DNA of 64,000 nucleotides from the NCBI RefSeq assembly GCF_030144855.1, contig NC_082715.1:112530001-112594000 (forward strand). The letters are read 5' to 3'. Source of the stretch: Hypanus sabinus. Taxonomy: Eukaryota. Made by a program: the position numbers and the translations under genes. The notes under the pieces were generated by a model that saw only the letters and a program-made list of their open reading frames with translations, searched no databases and had not been told where the DNA came from. Each line of letters begins with the position of its first letter. Positions within the stretch are counted from its first letter, which is position 1. Below, piece by piece: positions 13,584 through 25,800 of the stretch.

Positions 13584-13768
13584 CGCCCGCAGCACCGCAC
13601 CGGCGGCCCACCGCCACCGACCAACCGTGGAAGCGGTGACGTGAACTCACGTGATCTCACGGACCCAGCTAGGAAGTGTCGGCAGATCTCGCGTGATTGA
13701 AAAGTCGCGAGCTTTGCCGGTGGGAGGAGCGGGGCTGGAATCTCGCGCAAATTTAAATCCTCCCCGTA
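13584..13768. promoter_or_regulatory. Bidirectional CpG-island promoter shared by YIPF3 and POLR1C
   Basis: 185 bp between divergent ATGs; CpG-dense; TGACGTG 13637-13643, TCACGTGA 13647-13654, GGAAGT 13672-13677, TCTCGCG-type motifs at 13687, 13704 and 13741. Confidence 0.85.
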
Positions 13769-13840
13769 ATGGCGGACAGCCGGGAGCGCGTTGAGTTGAT
13801 ACGCAGCCGAGTGGTTTTGAAGGAGTTTGGTGTCCAGAAC
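13769..13840 (+). CDS. POLR1C: POLR1C (RNA polymerase I/III subunit RPAC1) exon 1 (MADSRERVELIRSRVVLKEFGVQN)
   Basis: RSRVVL.EFGV.N motif; donor |gtgagt. Confidence 0.95.
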
Positions 13841-13938
13841 GTGAGTGTTTCCTCTGGCATTAATGTTGATTGTATGTCTGCTGTAAATGCTGTCCGGGGG
13901 AACGTTACCGTCGCTGTTAATTTCCCTCCTCTGTTCAG

Positions 13939-14010
13939 GTCCATACCACTGATTTCCCTGGCAATTACCCCGGTTACGACGACACGTGGGACCAGCGGCG
14001 CTTCGAGCAG
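13939..14010 (+). CDS. POLR1C: POLR1C exon 2 ([24 protein letters not shown])
   Basis: [10 protein letters not shown] motif; ttcag| and |gtatgg. Confidence 0.96.
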
Positions 14011-14199
14011 GTATGGAACAGGCGGCCGGATGAACGCAAGCTTGGGGTGGGGGTGGGGACTGACACTTATCTACTTGATGTCTCTGCTGGGGGATCGTGG
14101 TGACAGAGGATCAGTAACATCATGTCTTCTAACCCTCCTGATTTCTTTCTTAAGGGTCCTCTTGCATTTCTTATGCTCCATTAAGTACCTCATTTGGTC

Positions 14200-15380
14200 T
14201 TATCTGCCGATACCTGCTATGCACCTCCTTTTTAATTCTTAACCAGGCTTGAAATCCAAGGTTCCACAAACATGTTATCTTTTCCTTTTATTCTGACAGG
14301 TATATACATATACTTTGTACTCTCAAACTTTCACTTTTGAATGCCTCCCCTTTACCAAGTACACCTTTCCCAGAAAACAGCCCATCCCTATCCACACTTG
14401 CCAGATCCATTTCTGATATCATCAAAATTGACCTTTCTCCAATTTAAAATGTCAACATCCAGATCAGACCCATCTTTTCCATATTTATCTTGAAATTAAT
14501 GACACTACATACAAAATGTTTTCTTACATAAACTTCTGTCACGTGCCCTGTCTCATGCCATAGGCCTTTTGGCCCATTGGGTCTACTCTGCCATTCAATC
14601 ATAACTGATCTGTTTTTTCTCCTCAGCCACCTGACCTTCTCTCTGTACCTTTGATGTTGTGTCCAATCAAGAACCTATCAAGTTCTGCCTTAACTACACT
14701 CAAACACCTGGCCTCCAAAGCTGCCTGTGGTAATAAATTCCACAATTTCACTACCCTCTGGCTATAGAAATTTCTTTATGTCTTTTTTAAATGGACACCC
14801 CTCCATGCCCTCTTGTCCTAGACTCCCCAACCATGGGAAACATCCTTTCCACATCTGCTCTGTTAGGCTTTTCAACATTTGAAAGGTTTCAGTGAGATTC
14901 TCTTCTCTTCCCCCCCCCCCCCCCCACATCCTTCTAAGTTCCAGTGAGTACAGAACCAGCAAATGTTCCTCGTATGATAACCCCTTAGTTCCTGGAATCA
15001 TCCTTGTGAACCTCCTCTGGACCCTCTTCAATGCCAGAACATCTTTTCTAAGATGAGGGGCCCAAAACTGTTTACAATACTCAAGGTGAGGCCTCACCAG
15101 TGCCTTATAAAGCCTCAGCATCACATCAATGCTCTTGTATTTACATCTTGCCCCTCCTGCAACCAAGTATCATAATTGTATGTGTTGATCCATGCTCTGA
15201 GTTCATCTGCCTTTCCTACAATGCTACTCGCATTGAAGTATATGCAACACATTAGTCACACCATGCTCAACCTTTTCAGTCCTGACTTTTACTGAGGTCT
15301 TAACAGCATCTGTCTCCACAACTTCTCCACTGTCTGTTCTGGCATTCTGGTCCCCATCAACCTGCAACTCTAGTCTTAAT
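14200..15380 (-). mobile_element. Nested CR1-type LINE fragments
   Basis: ORF 14762-15166 LYKALVRPHLEYC.QFWAP...VQRRFTRMIP. Confidence 0.75.
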
Positions 15381-16181
15381 CTGGAATTTATCAAATATAC
15401 ATTGACAGCACTCTGAGGTAGAACAATTCAAAGATTCACTGTCTTCCATGAAGAAATTTTCTACACATTTCAGTCTCCTAAATGAATAGACTGGTCAAGG
15501 AAACACCCTCTCAGTGTCAGCCATATCAGGCCTTCTGCAGTTTTATTCTAATGTCCACTTTGTTGATTTTTGTGTTGAGGGAAGAAATTAGCTTTTTTCA
15601 AAATGGAGGGTTTACATTAGATAATAGTTAAAGGTCCTTTGTCATTGTTTAAATCTTGATGCTAATTCAGAAAGCTTAATTCAAAAATCAAGTCTATGGA
15701 CCAAACTGTAGATAAAAGATGTTACTGCCGCAAGGAGGGAAAAATTCACTGTTGCATTGACCCCTGTCTTTTTCCTGGCTTTGTAGGCCAGTCTTTTGCT
15801 TATGTTTCCTAAACCCATCTTCGTCCCTTGAAGAGGCATTTTCATTTAATCATACAACATACAGATGTGCCCTTCTGGCTCACAGCTATGACGCCTATCT
15901 ATGCTAATCTCATCTGCCCTCATTAATCCAGTATCTCTTTATGCCTTCCAGTTGCCTTTCAGATGCCGCTCTTGTAGCTCATTCCAGATAATCACTTCCC
16001 TCTGAACTCAGAGGTTACTGATTGCATAACTCAGCTTCATTTAATGCTCTGGAACAATTTGTTGCTGGCTTTTAGAACTGTCCACACCAGAATTAACTCC
16101 GCTTAACTTCAGGTGCAGAAGTGAAAATTTGTGTGAATTCCCTGTAAAGTGAAAGTTGTGTGAGATTTATGTCTTCATCAG

Positions 16182-16289
16182 AATTTTAGGATTGACATTG
16201 TTCGGTTGGAGGATGACACTTTGGAGTTTGACATGATTGGAATCGATGCCGCTATTGCAAATGCTTTCCGCAGGATCTTGCTTTCCGAG
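16182..16289 (+). CDS. POLR1C: POLR1C exon 3 (NFRIDIV...[16 protein letters not shown])
   Basis: Alpha-like subunit motif ANAFRRILL; 108 nt, GT-AG. Confidence 0.96.
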
Positions 16290-17533
16290 GTAATAAAACT
16301 GCAGGCTGTTATGCTGCAAATTATGAATTGTATTTGCCTTACGACATTTTGGATCATTAGCATTACGATAGTATTTTAGTTGTTAATGTGCATAGCTTGC
16401 GTTTTGCATTGAGACCCTTTGAATATGTGAAACTAGCAGACTCAATGGGTCAGGTAGCATCAGTGGAGTTAGTGCTTCAGGTTAATGGAATTTCTTTGAA
16501 TATTGTACATGATACAAATGTTTTTATTCAAATTCATTTGTGTTACAATATATGTTGAAATTTCTGTGAGCACATTGGAAACGTACAGACTGGGTTGAAA
16601 AGCTTTCTAGGTTCTTGCACTTCACAGTCCAGTAGGATCACCAGTAAATCCCAACTGTACTGAGTTGAGATGTAACTGAAGAGATCTGTCAAGGATCTGA
16701 AAAGTGGTCACACCCATTTGTTGTATTTATTAATGGCCTGACTGACAGGAATCCATTTGTTCATGTTTGTCGATGATAGTCACATTAATTTTCAGTGTTC
16801 ATACAGAGGGACTCCTCTGTCCTTCTGACCACAGATTCTCTTTCAGTCCCTTGTCATTTTAAAAGGTACTCTGCTGTTTTAGTTTCTACCAGAGTGATGT
16901 TTTCATACTTTTCTATGTTATAGTACATCTATCCTTAACTTGTTCTGTCTGTCTGTTTGTTTTTTCTAATATTCTATTGTAGTTTTTTCATGTAGATGTC
17001 TGCAAGTGGTAACATGTACATAGTTTGATAATATGTATTAAAGAGCTCCAACTTCTCCTGTTGAACATTGTAGCTGAAATCTTTCATCTCTGGACCCTTC
17101 TGGGCCTTCCTATCCTCTCTAAAGTGAGGTGGACAGAATTGGATGCCTTAAGAAGTCTTTCATTTTCCTTCTGTCAAATTATTATCATTTCACATTTCTG
17201 CACTTAGAATTTAATTGGCTTCTTGCCTGCTTATTCAGTTAATTTATGTTCTCATGATCTATTACAATTGTTCTGTTTAAATATTGTCTCATCTGTGAAT
17301 GTTAAGTTTTTTATTCTAATAGAGTGAGCACTCCAAGGGAACATTTTGCAATTTTTCAGTCTCAACTTTACTTTCTTTTCCAATTTTTAATAATATTTAT
17401 GTTACTTTGACTTTTGTCCAGAAGACATTAATTTTGCTAACCAGTATTTTCTTTGTAGAACTTGTCAAACAATGAATAAAGGTGACACTTAATACATTAC
17501 TTCCACTGTGAATCTAACCTTTCTGCTGTTCAG

Positions 17534-17666
17534 GTCCCGACCATGGCTGTGGAGAAGGCATTTATCTACAACAACACCTCCATAGTTCAGGATGAGGTTC
17601 TGGCACACAGACTGGGCCTCATCCCCATCAAAGCAGACCCACGACTGTTTGAGTACAGGAGCACAG
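17534..17666 (+). CDS. POLR1C: POLR1C exon 4 (VPTMAVEK...[19 protein letters not shown]...)
   Basis: [15 protein letters not shown] signature; 133 nt. Confidence 0.97.
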
Positions 17667-17989
17667 GTGAGGGAGTTGTTTTGCCCCAGTGAGCAGATGT
17701 GTTACCCACTGTGTGGGACTGATGTAGAACAGCTACTGTACTATTAACAGAAGAACAAAGAAGCATCTTTGCATCTGAGTCATACAAAACAGAAACAAAT
17801 CCTTCAGTCCAGCACATCTGGGCTTGCCATTCTACTTGTCTATTAATTATATTAGTATATTAATCCCTGTAACTGGGTAACTTTGTAGTCTTTTATTTAC
17901 AACTGTACCTGCCTCCACCACCTTCTCAGGCAACAGGTGAAAAATCCTTTCCTCGTATCTCCTATTTTAAAAAAAAACTTCCACCTGAA

Positions 17990-18140
17990 ATAATTGCAAA
18001 ACATATTGAAAATATTCCGGAAGTCAGGCAGCATCTGTGGAGAGAAGCAGTTAACATCTTAGGTTGATCAACTCTTTTGTTCTCTTCATGGATTTTGCCT
18101 GACTTTTTGAGTATTTGCAGCATTTCCATTTGTATCCTAC
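17990..18140. repeat. Palindromic Penelope-derived hairpin repeat
   Basis: aagtcaggcagcatctgtggagagaa pairs with ttctcttcatggattttgcctgactt. Confidence 0.65.
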
Positions 18141-18227
18141 ATTTCTGCTGTCAAGTGCAAGGGTCACTGTGTGCTTCAGTGAAATTACTGTGCCCTAACA
18201 GGGGACTAAGCTTTATTTCTTTTTCAG

Positions 18228-18347
18228 GAGATGAAGAAGGAACAGAGATTGATACTCTGCAATTCCACCTGAAAGTGAAATGTACCAGAAATCCTAAAGC
18301 ACTCAAAGACTCTTCTGACCCTGAAGAGCTGTACCTAAATCATAAAG
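18228..18347 (+). CDS. POLR1C: POLR1C exon 5 ([13 protein letters not shown]...[13 protein letters not shown])
   Basis: Homology, phase 1/1, 120 nt. Confidence 0.96.
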
Positions 18348-18544
18348 GTATCTGAAATTCACAGTTCTGCTATTTTACATTCCCTATTCACTAAAGCTCT
18401 ATGAGATGACATCTTACTGAAATAGGGAATTTTCTGACACTTGCATGAACACTTATCAGTTGATTCAGCGGGAGATTTGCAAGTGTTAGAAAACTGCATC
18501 AGAAAGATTAGGGTCTGCAAGCCCAAGTTGGGAAAATGGTTCAT

Positions 18545-18811
18545 GGTAGCGTAGTGGATAGTGTGATGTTATTACAGCTGGGGGCATCAGCGTTCAGAGT
18601 TCAATTCTGGCATTCTCTGTAAGTACTTTGTACATCCCCTCTGTGGAATGCATAGGTTTTCTCAGAATGCTCCAGTTTCCTCCCAGTGTCTAAAGGCGTA
18701 CTGGTTAGTAGTTCAATTGGTAATTGTAAATTGTCCCGCAATTGCACTGGGTTAAATCGCGGGTTGCTAGAAGGTTGCTAATCCGTGCAGTATCTCTAGA
18801 TAATAAATAAA
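18545..18811 (+). mobile_element. V-SINE (HE1-like)
   Basis: A box GGTAGCGTAGTGG, B box AGTTCAATTCT, V-domain, TAAA tail. Confidence 0.75.
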
Positions 18812-18989
18812 TCTCACATGAGCCCTGTCCATGTCCTTTTTGTAATTGGCAGACCAGAAATGAATGCAACTCAATATGAGCTGGTATTGGAATTGTTCTT
18901 TATATTATAGTTTTGTGATTCATCATGTTTCTTCCATAATTCAGTTATGCTGCAGTACGGGCCCCACATTCTTTCATTTGTCGTTTCAG

Positions 18990-19142
18990 TCTACTCCAAG
19001 CACTTGAAGTGGGTACCCATTGGGAACCAGGCAGATGTCTTTGGACAGATTGAAATTCAGCCTGTACACGATGATATTCTCATTGCTCAGCTTCGCCCAG
19101 GGCAAGAAATTGATGTCGTCGTACACTGTGTGAAAGGAATTG
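18990..19142 (+). CDS. POLR1C: POLR1C exon 6 (VYSKHLKW...[18 protein letters not shown]...HCVKGI)
   Basis: [12 protein letters not shown] motif; 153 nt. Confidence 0.97.
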
Positions 19143-19479
19143 GTAAGGCAGTGGTAGGAGAGGGAATCGTGTTGCTTATGACAGTCCTCTTTGGGTCAAT
19201 AGTATAGGAACTGAATGGCCTTGTTGAAAAGAAAATTGGCCTTGGCCTCTACTGTTCAATGAGCAGTAGGCCAACACTTGGCTTAATCAGTGTATTAAAA
19301 AAAAGTGTCCAGTAGGGTGATGGAGAGAAAATATTTTCTCTTCTCGGAGTTCAGGACTGGGTGGGAGGAGGGTGCTGGCTGTAAAAATACCACTATTAAA
19401 CTGAGGAAAGAATGCAAAATAAATCATGATATGAGCTGTACCATAGTGCATGAATGTAATCTTTGTGTTCACTTCCTAG

Positions 19480-19629
19480 CTAAAGACCATGCCAAGTTCT
19501 CTCCTGTTGCCACAGCAAGCTACCGACTTTTACCCGAAATAACTCTACTGAGTCCCATAGAAGGGGAGCTTGCAGAGAAACTCAAGCAGTGTTTCTCCCC
19601 TGGTGTCATTGAGATTGAGATGGTGAACG
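19480..19629 (+). CDS. POLR1C: POLR1C exon 7 ([19 protein letters not shown]...CFSPGVIE)
   Basis: [17 protein letters not shown] signature; 150 nt. Confidence 0.97.
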
Positions 19630-21123
19630 GTGAGTCAGTTCTACTGTTGAATTTGAAATCCCTGTTTTTTAGAATTGTGTCCTTGATCTAGATGTGCTGT
19701 TTAGATCAGAGGACAACAAGGTGAGTCTCAACATAAATAAACACAAAAAAAACTGTAAATGTATCTTTCTTGATGAACCATCTCTTTCGAGATGTTTCAG
19801 ATCATTAACTTTTCCCCCTCAGAGATGCTGCCTGAATATTTTCAGCATTCTCTTTTTATTTCAGATTTTCAGCATCTCCTGTAATCTGGTTTTAGTGCAA
19901 GTGTGCAGAATCATAAGCTATTTATGTCAAGGAAGGATCTTTCTAGTGGAAGAAGTGAAAGAAAGGTTTGTACAGGATAACTTAAAATAATTGGCATGGG
20001 AAGTGGGGACATATAAATTATTTGAAACGAGTTACCTTAAAAGATAAATTAAGCTATTTTATATTTAAACCTAAGTCTTTCCAGAGCTGTGAGAATCATT
20101 GTATACTTCATAAAAGGAAATAGTATATTCAGGAAGTCCCCTTTAAGAAGGGGGTCCTGCAGTGGACTGCAATTTCCTTAGTGTATTTAGTGCGGCAAGG
20201 ATAGAAAGAGCTTTTCCATTCTTGGCTTCTTTAAATCAGGTTTCTATTGATGACATTATACTTAAGAAGTTTAGGAATTTGGATTTTCAAATCAAACCCA
20301 GAGAAATGAAGATTCCCAAGTGATACAGGTTGCCTGTCCTTTATGAGCTTGCTGTGGTGGATGGTATGGATGCATGCCAACAGGCAAAGCTGAAGAATGG
20401 AAGGAAGTGGGATGCAAGGCTTTTGGGCTAAATGCCCTGTTGTTACAAGTTTCTGGCAAAGTCTAAGATTCATACTGGTAATGCATCAGTTTATTGAATT
20501 TGTGGAATGTAACCTTTCTGGTTGGCAGGGTGGAGAAACGTCTCTACCAAAGGAGGTGTAAGGTGCTCCTTCCTTCCACTAGGCTGCAGGTTACCCTTGG
20601 GCGAGGTTTAGCACCCCAATCACTGTCATGTGAAACTACGGGAGCAGCTGGTGTATATCACAAGTTCTGGTTATGCGATCATTGACGCCAGGCAGACAAT
20701 CTCTGAAGAGTATTGGTAATGGCTGGGGTCACCTGTCTTGTAAAGACACTGCCCAGACGAAGGCAATTGCAAACCATTTCAGTTGTAAAAATTGCCAAAA
20801 ACAATCATGGTCATGGAAAGACCATGATCATCCATGTCATATGACATGGCACATAATGAATGAAAGAACCATACAGAGGTGTACATCTGGTCTCATCAGA
20901 TCTGTTGTCTTCAGCTTCTCTACATGTGGTGTGATTGCATAAACTAGGAAAACCCTGTTTTATCTATCCATGTTGATACAAGTTTTCCAACTGACACACT
21001 GTTAGCCGGCATTAGTAACACTTGAAGTTTTACAAGCAGGGAACCAGATGATTTTGGTGACTGGTCTGATGTACAATATTGATTTTTTGGAAGTTGAAAA
21101 GTCATCTGTTCCTTTGGTCTTAG

Positions 21124-21240
21124 GAAAAAAAGTTGCAAATGTTGTGAACTCAAGATTGGACACTTGCAGTCGGGAGATTTTTCGTCATGATGACCTTAAA
21201 AACCTCGTCCGTCTTGGCAGAGTTCGAGATCACTACATCT
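21124..21240 (+). CDS. POLR1C: POLR1C exon 8 ([21 protein letters not shown]...RVRDHYI)
   Basis: Homology; tag| and |gtaagt; 117 nt. Confidence 0.96.
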
Positions 21241-22844
21241 GTAAGTATATATTGGGGGAGGATTTGAAGTGTAGCACTATAAAGAATTTTGTGTTTGGGG
21301 TTGTTTTCAGTTGTGTGACTTGTAAATAATCTCCACACTGACTGTTAACAGATTTTGTTATCTTTTGTTATTTTGCTAGCAAGGGAGCAGTTAAGGGAAA
21401 GCACCTAGCTCTAGCAAACTTCATTTCTTGTTCATTAACTTCCATGAACTGTTCTTCTCCACATAGTGGTCAGATGCATACAGACGAAGATTATGACAAA
21501 AATGGTGGTGCTGTAGCAAGGATGTGTGGTTAAATCATTAAACCTTATGCAACCATGTTGTTCATGTTCTTCTACACTCCCCTCTTTTGTCCTGTAAGGA
21601 CACCAAGATGGCTCTTCATCATCATACTGTGTGTAGATTAAGGCATAGAGAGCTTCTTGGAAGTTTAGTTATGGGGAACATGGAGATAGCTATAGGTCTG
21701 GGGTGGTGCCTTTGCTGTCTTATAGTCCCACATAAGGTGTCACCCAAATATAGTGCCACTTGGATAGGTAGGTCACCATTATGGTGGCCAATGCAATGAA
21801 AATGTTAGTTATCAGATGCTTAACAGTGTATCCCAATATCTGGTATCTACCCCCACCAGTCAGAAGGTTCATTCTCCACCACTTTATGTAAAATCTGCTT
21901 TTGTTCTGCATCCCTGTGTTACACAACCACTATGATCAACAAGGTAGCAGCAGGACTCATTGATAGCAGGTGCAGACTCCTTCACTAGCTGTCATAGGGA
22001 GGATTAGGACCATATGATTCCTGGGAATGAAGTTCTAGTCCATGCAATGTTTCCTGTAACTCAGGCCCCTAAGTACAAGCAACATTCTAGTAAATCTTTT
22101 CTGCATTTTTTCTAGTGTATTAACATCTTTTCTATAACAGGGTGATCAAACGACATAACGCAGCCTCACCAGTGTCTTGGTGTAACATAACTTTGCAACT
22201 CCTATAACGTCCTGATTGATGAAGGTCAGCCTGACAAATGCCTTCATCACTATTCTAGCTATGTACCGAAACTCCTGGGTCCCTCTGTTCTATAACATCC
22301 CAAAACCCTGCTATTCTACCTTGGTTTGAGCTCCGGAAATGCAGTACTTTGTGTTTAAGTGTATTGTAAGCCATTTGCTAATCCTTAGCCCACATACGTA
22401 GCTAATCAAGATCCCTTGTAATTTTTCATTAATCTGTACACTCTCCACTACATTAGCTATATTAGTATCATGTGCAAACTTACAAACCATGGCTTGTACA
22501 TTCACAGCAAAATAATTTATATAAATTATAATAAAGCTCCCAGCACCAACCCTTGTAGGACACCACAAATCACAGGCAACCCTCAACGATCACTGAGGAT
22601 TTGACCTTCCTACCACAAAACTAATCATGAATCCGATCTATTATCTCCCTTGGATCCCTTGCAATCTAACCTTCCAGACTAGGGAGGGACCTTGTCAAAG
22701 TTGTGCAAAACTGTACATGTTGAACATTAAACTGTCCTGCCCTCATCTAACCTTTTGGCTACCATAAGACATAGGAGCAGATTTAGGCCATTCAGCCCTT
22801 CCAGTCTGCTCTGCATTTCATCTTGGCTGATTTATTATCCCTTT

Positions 22845-25800
22845 TTACAATATTTTTTTTCAGAAGAAAAAAAACAAGATTTACAGAGTGCAACACATAG
22901 ATACATCTCAACATAACTTGTGTACGTTCATATATTGTGATAAAATTGATCAAAATGTTATAGCATAACACATAAAGGTATACCACTCTGTAATCAAAAA
23001 TTTAAAGATAGGTCATACGTCATAAAAATTTTTTTTTATATAAAAAGAAGTCAACTACCAAAGAAAAAAGCTGATGGATGATAATGGATAAATTAGAAAA
23101 GAAAACATATTCGCTTAAGAAGAAAAGATAAAAATATACATAAAATTCTGTGCACTGTTAAACTTTATAAATTGGAAAAGTAATTTACGAAAGGTCCCCA
23201 GATATCATAAAAAGATTGTTTCGTATTTAAGACTAAGCAGCGGATCTTTTCTAAATTTAAATAAGACATAATATCACGTAGCCATTGAAGATGTGCAGGA
23301 GGGGTAGACTCCTTCCATTTAAGCAAGATTGCTCTCCTTGCTAAGAGAGAGCTAAAAACTAAAACCTGTAGTTTAGTATTTAAAGTTATATCTTCATCTG
23401 CAATAATACCAAACAAGGCAGTAAGGGGATATGGGTCAAATTGGACCCTAAAAAGTTGTGGGAATACTTCCAGCCAAAACTTTTCAATTTTAGGGCAAAA
23501 CCAAAACATATGAATTAAAGAGGCATCAGCAGAGTTACATTTATTACAAAGTGGAGAAACATTCAGATAAAAACTGGAGAGCTTTTGTTTAGAAATGTAA
23601 GCTCTATGAAACACTTTAAATTGTAGAAGGGAATGATGAGCACAGAAAGATGATTTATTAACCCATTTAAGAATTTTATTCCATCTATCATCAGAAATCT
23701 GAGAATTTAGGTCATCCTCCCAAGCTTTTTTTATTTTATCTAAAAAGACTTGTCGAGATTCAATCAACAAGTTATAGAACCATTAACAAAAGTTTTTAAA
23801 TTTAAAAGATCGTCCAGTAAATTTTTATCAGGACCAATAGGAAAAGTAGTTAATTGGAAACGTAAGAAATCTCTAATTTGAAGGTATCTGTAAAAATGTG
23901 TTTTTGGGAGTGCAAATTTAGTTGACAATTGGCCAAATGAAGCAAGAGATCCTGAGATAAACAGGTCCCAAAAACACTTAATACCTAGTTCATCCTAATC
24001 CTTAAAGACTTTGTCAGTCATGGAAGGGATTAAAAAAAAATATTAAGGAGAATGGGAGATGATAATGAAAAATTCGCTAAACCAAAAAATTTCCTAAATT
24101 GAGACCAAATCCTTGAAGTTTGCTTAACAATTATGTTATCTGTTATTTTATTTGCTGAAAAAGAAGAATATGATCCAAGAAGAGAGACAATAGAGGTATT
24201 TTTTACAGAATTAACTTCTAAGGAGACCCATGATGGGCAATCTTCACGATAAATATAACAAGACCAGAAAGTAATAATCCTTATATTGGCAGCCCAATAG
24301 TAAAACCTAAAACTGGGTAGGGCTAATCCACCCATCTCTTTATTTCTTTGTAGGTAAACTTTACTTAAACGAGCTTCTTTATTATTCCAAATATAAGATG
24401 TTAAAATTGAATCTAAAGAATCAAAGTAGGTCTTAGAGATAAAAATAGGTAAGGCCTGAAAATGATATAAAAATTTAGGAAGAATCTTCATTTTAATTGA
24501 ATTAATTCGGCCAATTAGGGATAAAGAAAAAGGAGACCATTTAGAAAGCATCTTTTTCACATAATTCAATAAGTTTTCTTTAAATAAATTCTTGAAGTTT
24601 TTAGTAATTGTTACACCTAGATATGTAAATTGACTTGTAACAGCTTGGAATGGAAATTTGGCATTTGATGACATTAGGTCATTTAAAGAAAATAGCTCAC
24701 TTTTATGTAAGTTCAGCTTGTATCCTGAAAAAGAACTAAACTGGGAAATTAAAGAAAGAACCGAAGGTAAGAAGTTTCAGTGTTAGAGATGAAAAGTAAA
24801 ATATCATCAGTTTATAATGAAATTTTATGAGTCATGCCTTCCCTTAGTATACCAGAAATATCCTTAGATTCTCAAAATGCTATTGCTAAGGGTTCCATAG
24901 CTAAAGCAAAAAGTAAAGGACTAAGAGGGCAACCTTGTCTAGTTCCCCGCTGTAATTTAGAGGGCTTAGAAATTTGAGAGTTAGCAATAACCTTGAGTGG
25001 TAGGAGGCAAGTAAATTTAATTTAACCTAATGAATAAAATTAGGCCCAAAATTAAACCTTTCTAAGGTCTTAAAAAGATAATTCCACTCAATCCTGTCAA
25101 AGGCTTTTTCTGCATCTAAGGATATTATACACTCTGATATTTTTTTGGATGGTGAATATATCACATTCAACAACCGATGAATATTAAAATGTGAGTAACG
25201 ATTTTTAATAAATCCTGTCTGGTCATGTGATATAATAGATGGTAGAATATTTTCAAGTCTTCGAGCTAAGATTTTGGATAAGGTTTTTGCATCAACATTT
25301 AATAAAGAGATTGGTCTGTATGAAGAACATTCAGCTGGATTTTTATTTTTTTTAAGAATAAGAGAAATAAAAGCTTCATAAAAAGATTGAGGGAGTTTAC
25401 CTGATTTAAAGGACTCTGATAAAACAGAGGATAAATAAGGTGTAAGTAACGTAGTGAAAGTTTTATAAAACTCCCCAGGAAAGCCATCAGGTCCTGGGGT
25501 CTTACCAGAATGTAAAGCATGTATAGCCTCAGCAACTTCTTCATTGGAAATAGGCTGATCTAACTGTGTTAGGCTATCAGCAGACAATGTAGGAATGTTG
25601 ATATTACTGAAAAAAACATTCAAATAGGTATCATCTAAAGAAGAGTCAGACTGATACAACTTAAGGTAAAAGTCTTTAAATACGTTGTTAATTTCAGAAT
25701 GGTTGGATATCTTAGTACCATTACCTTTAAAAGATTTTTGTGATTTGACGATTAAACTGTAAAATATTTTAAGTGATTGGCTAATAAACTACCTGTTCTA

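Noticed and set aside
13272-13750. Overlapping GC-rich ORFs (13272-13700 plus, 13460-13750 minus)
   Set aside because: Stop-poor CpG-island frames; the real YIPF3 exon 1 is in a different frame
13769-14242. 157-aa ORF starting at the POLR1C ATG
   Set aside because: Read-through of exon 1 into intron 1; homology stops at the GT donor (13841) and resumes in another frame at 13939
19140-19482. POLR1C KGIAKDH instead of human KGIGKDH at the exon 6/7 junction
   Set aside because: Single conservative substitution; Ala occurs at this position in the related Rpb3 family
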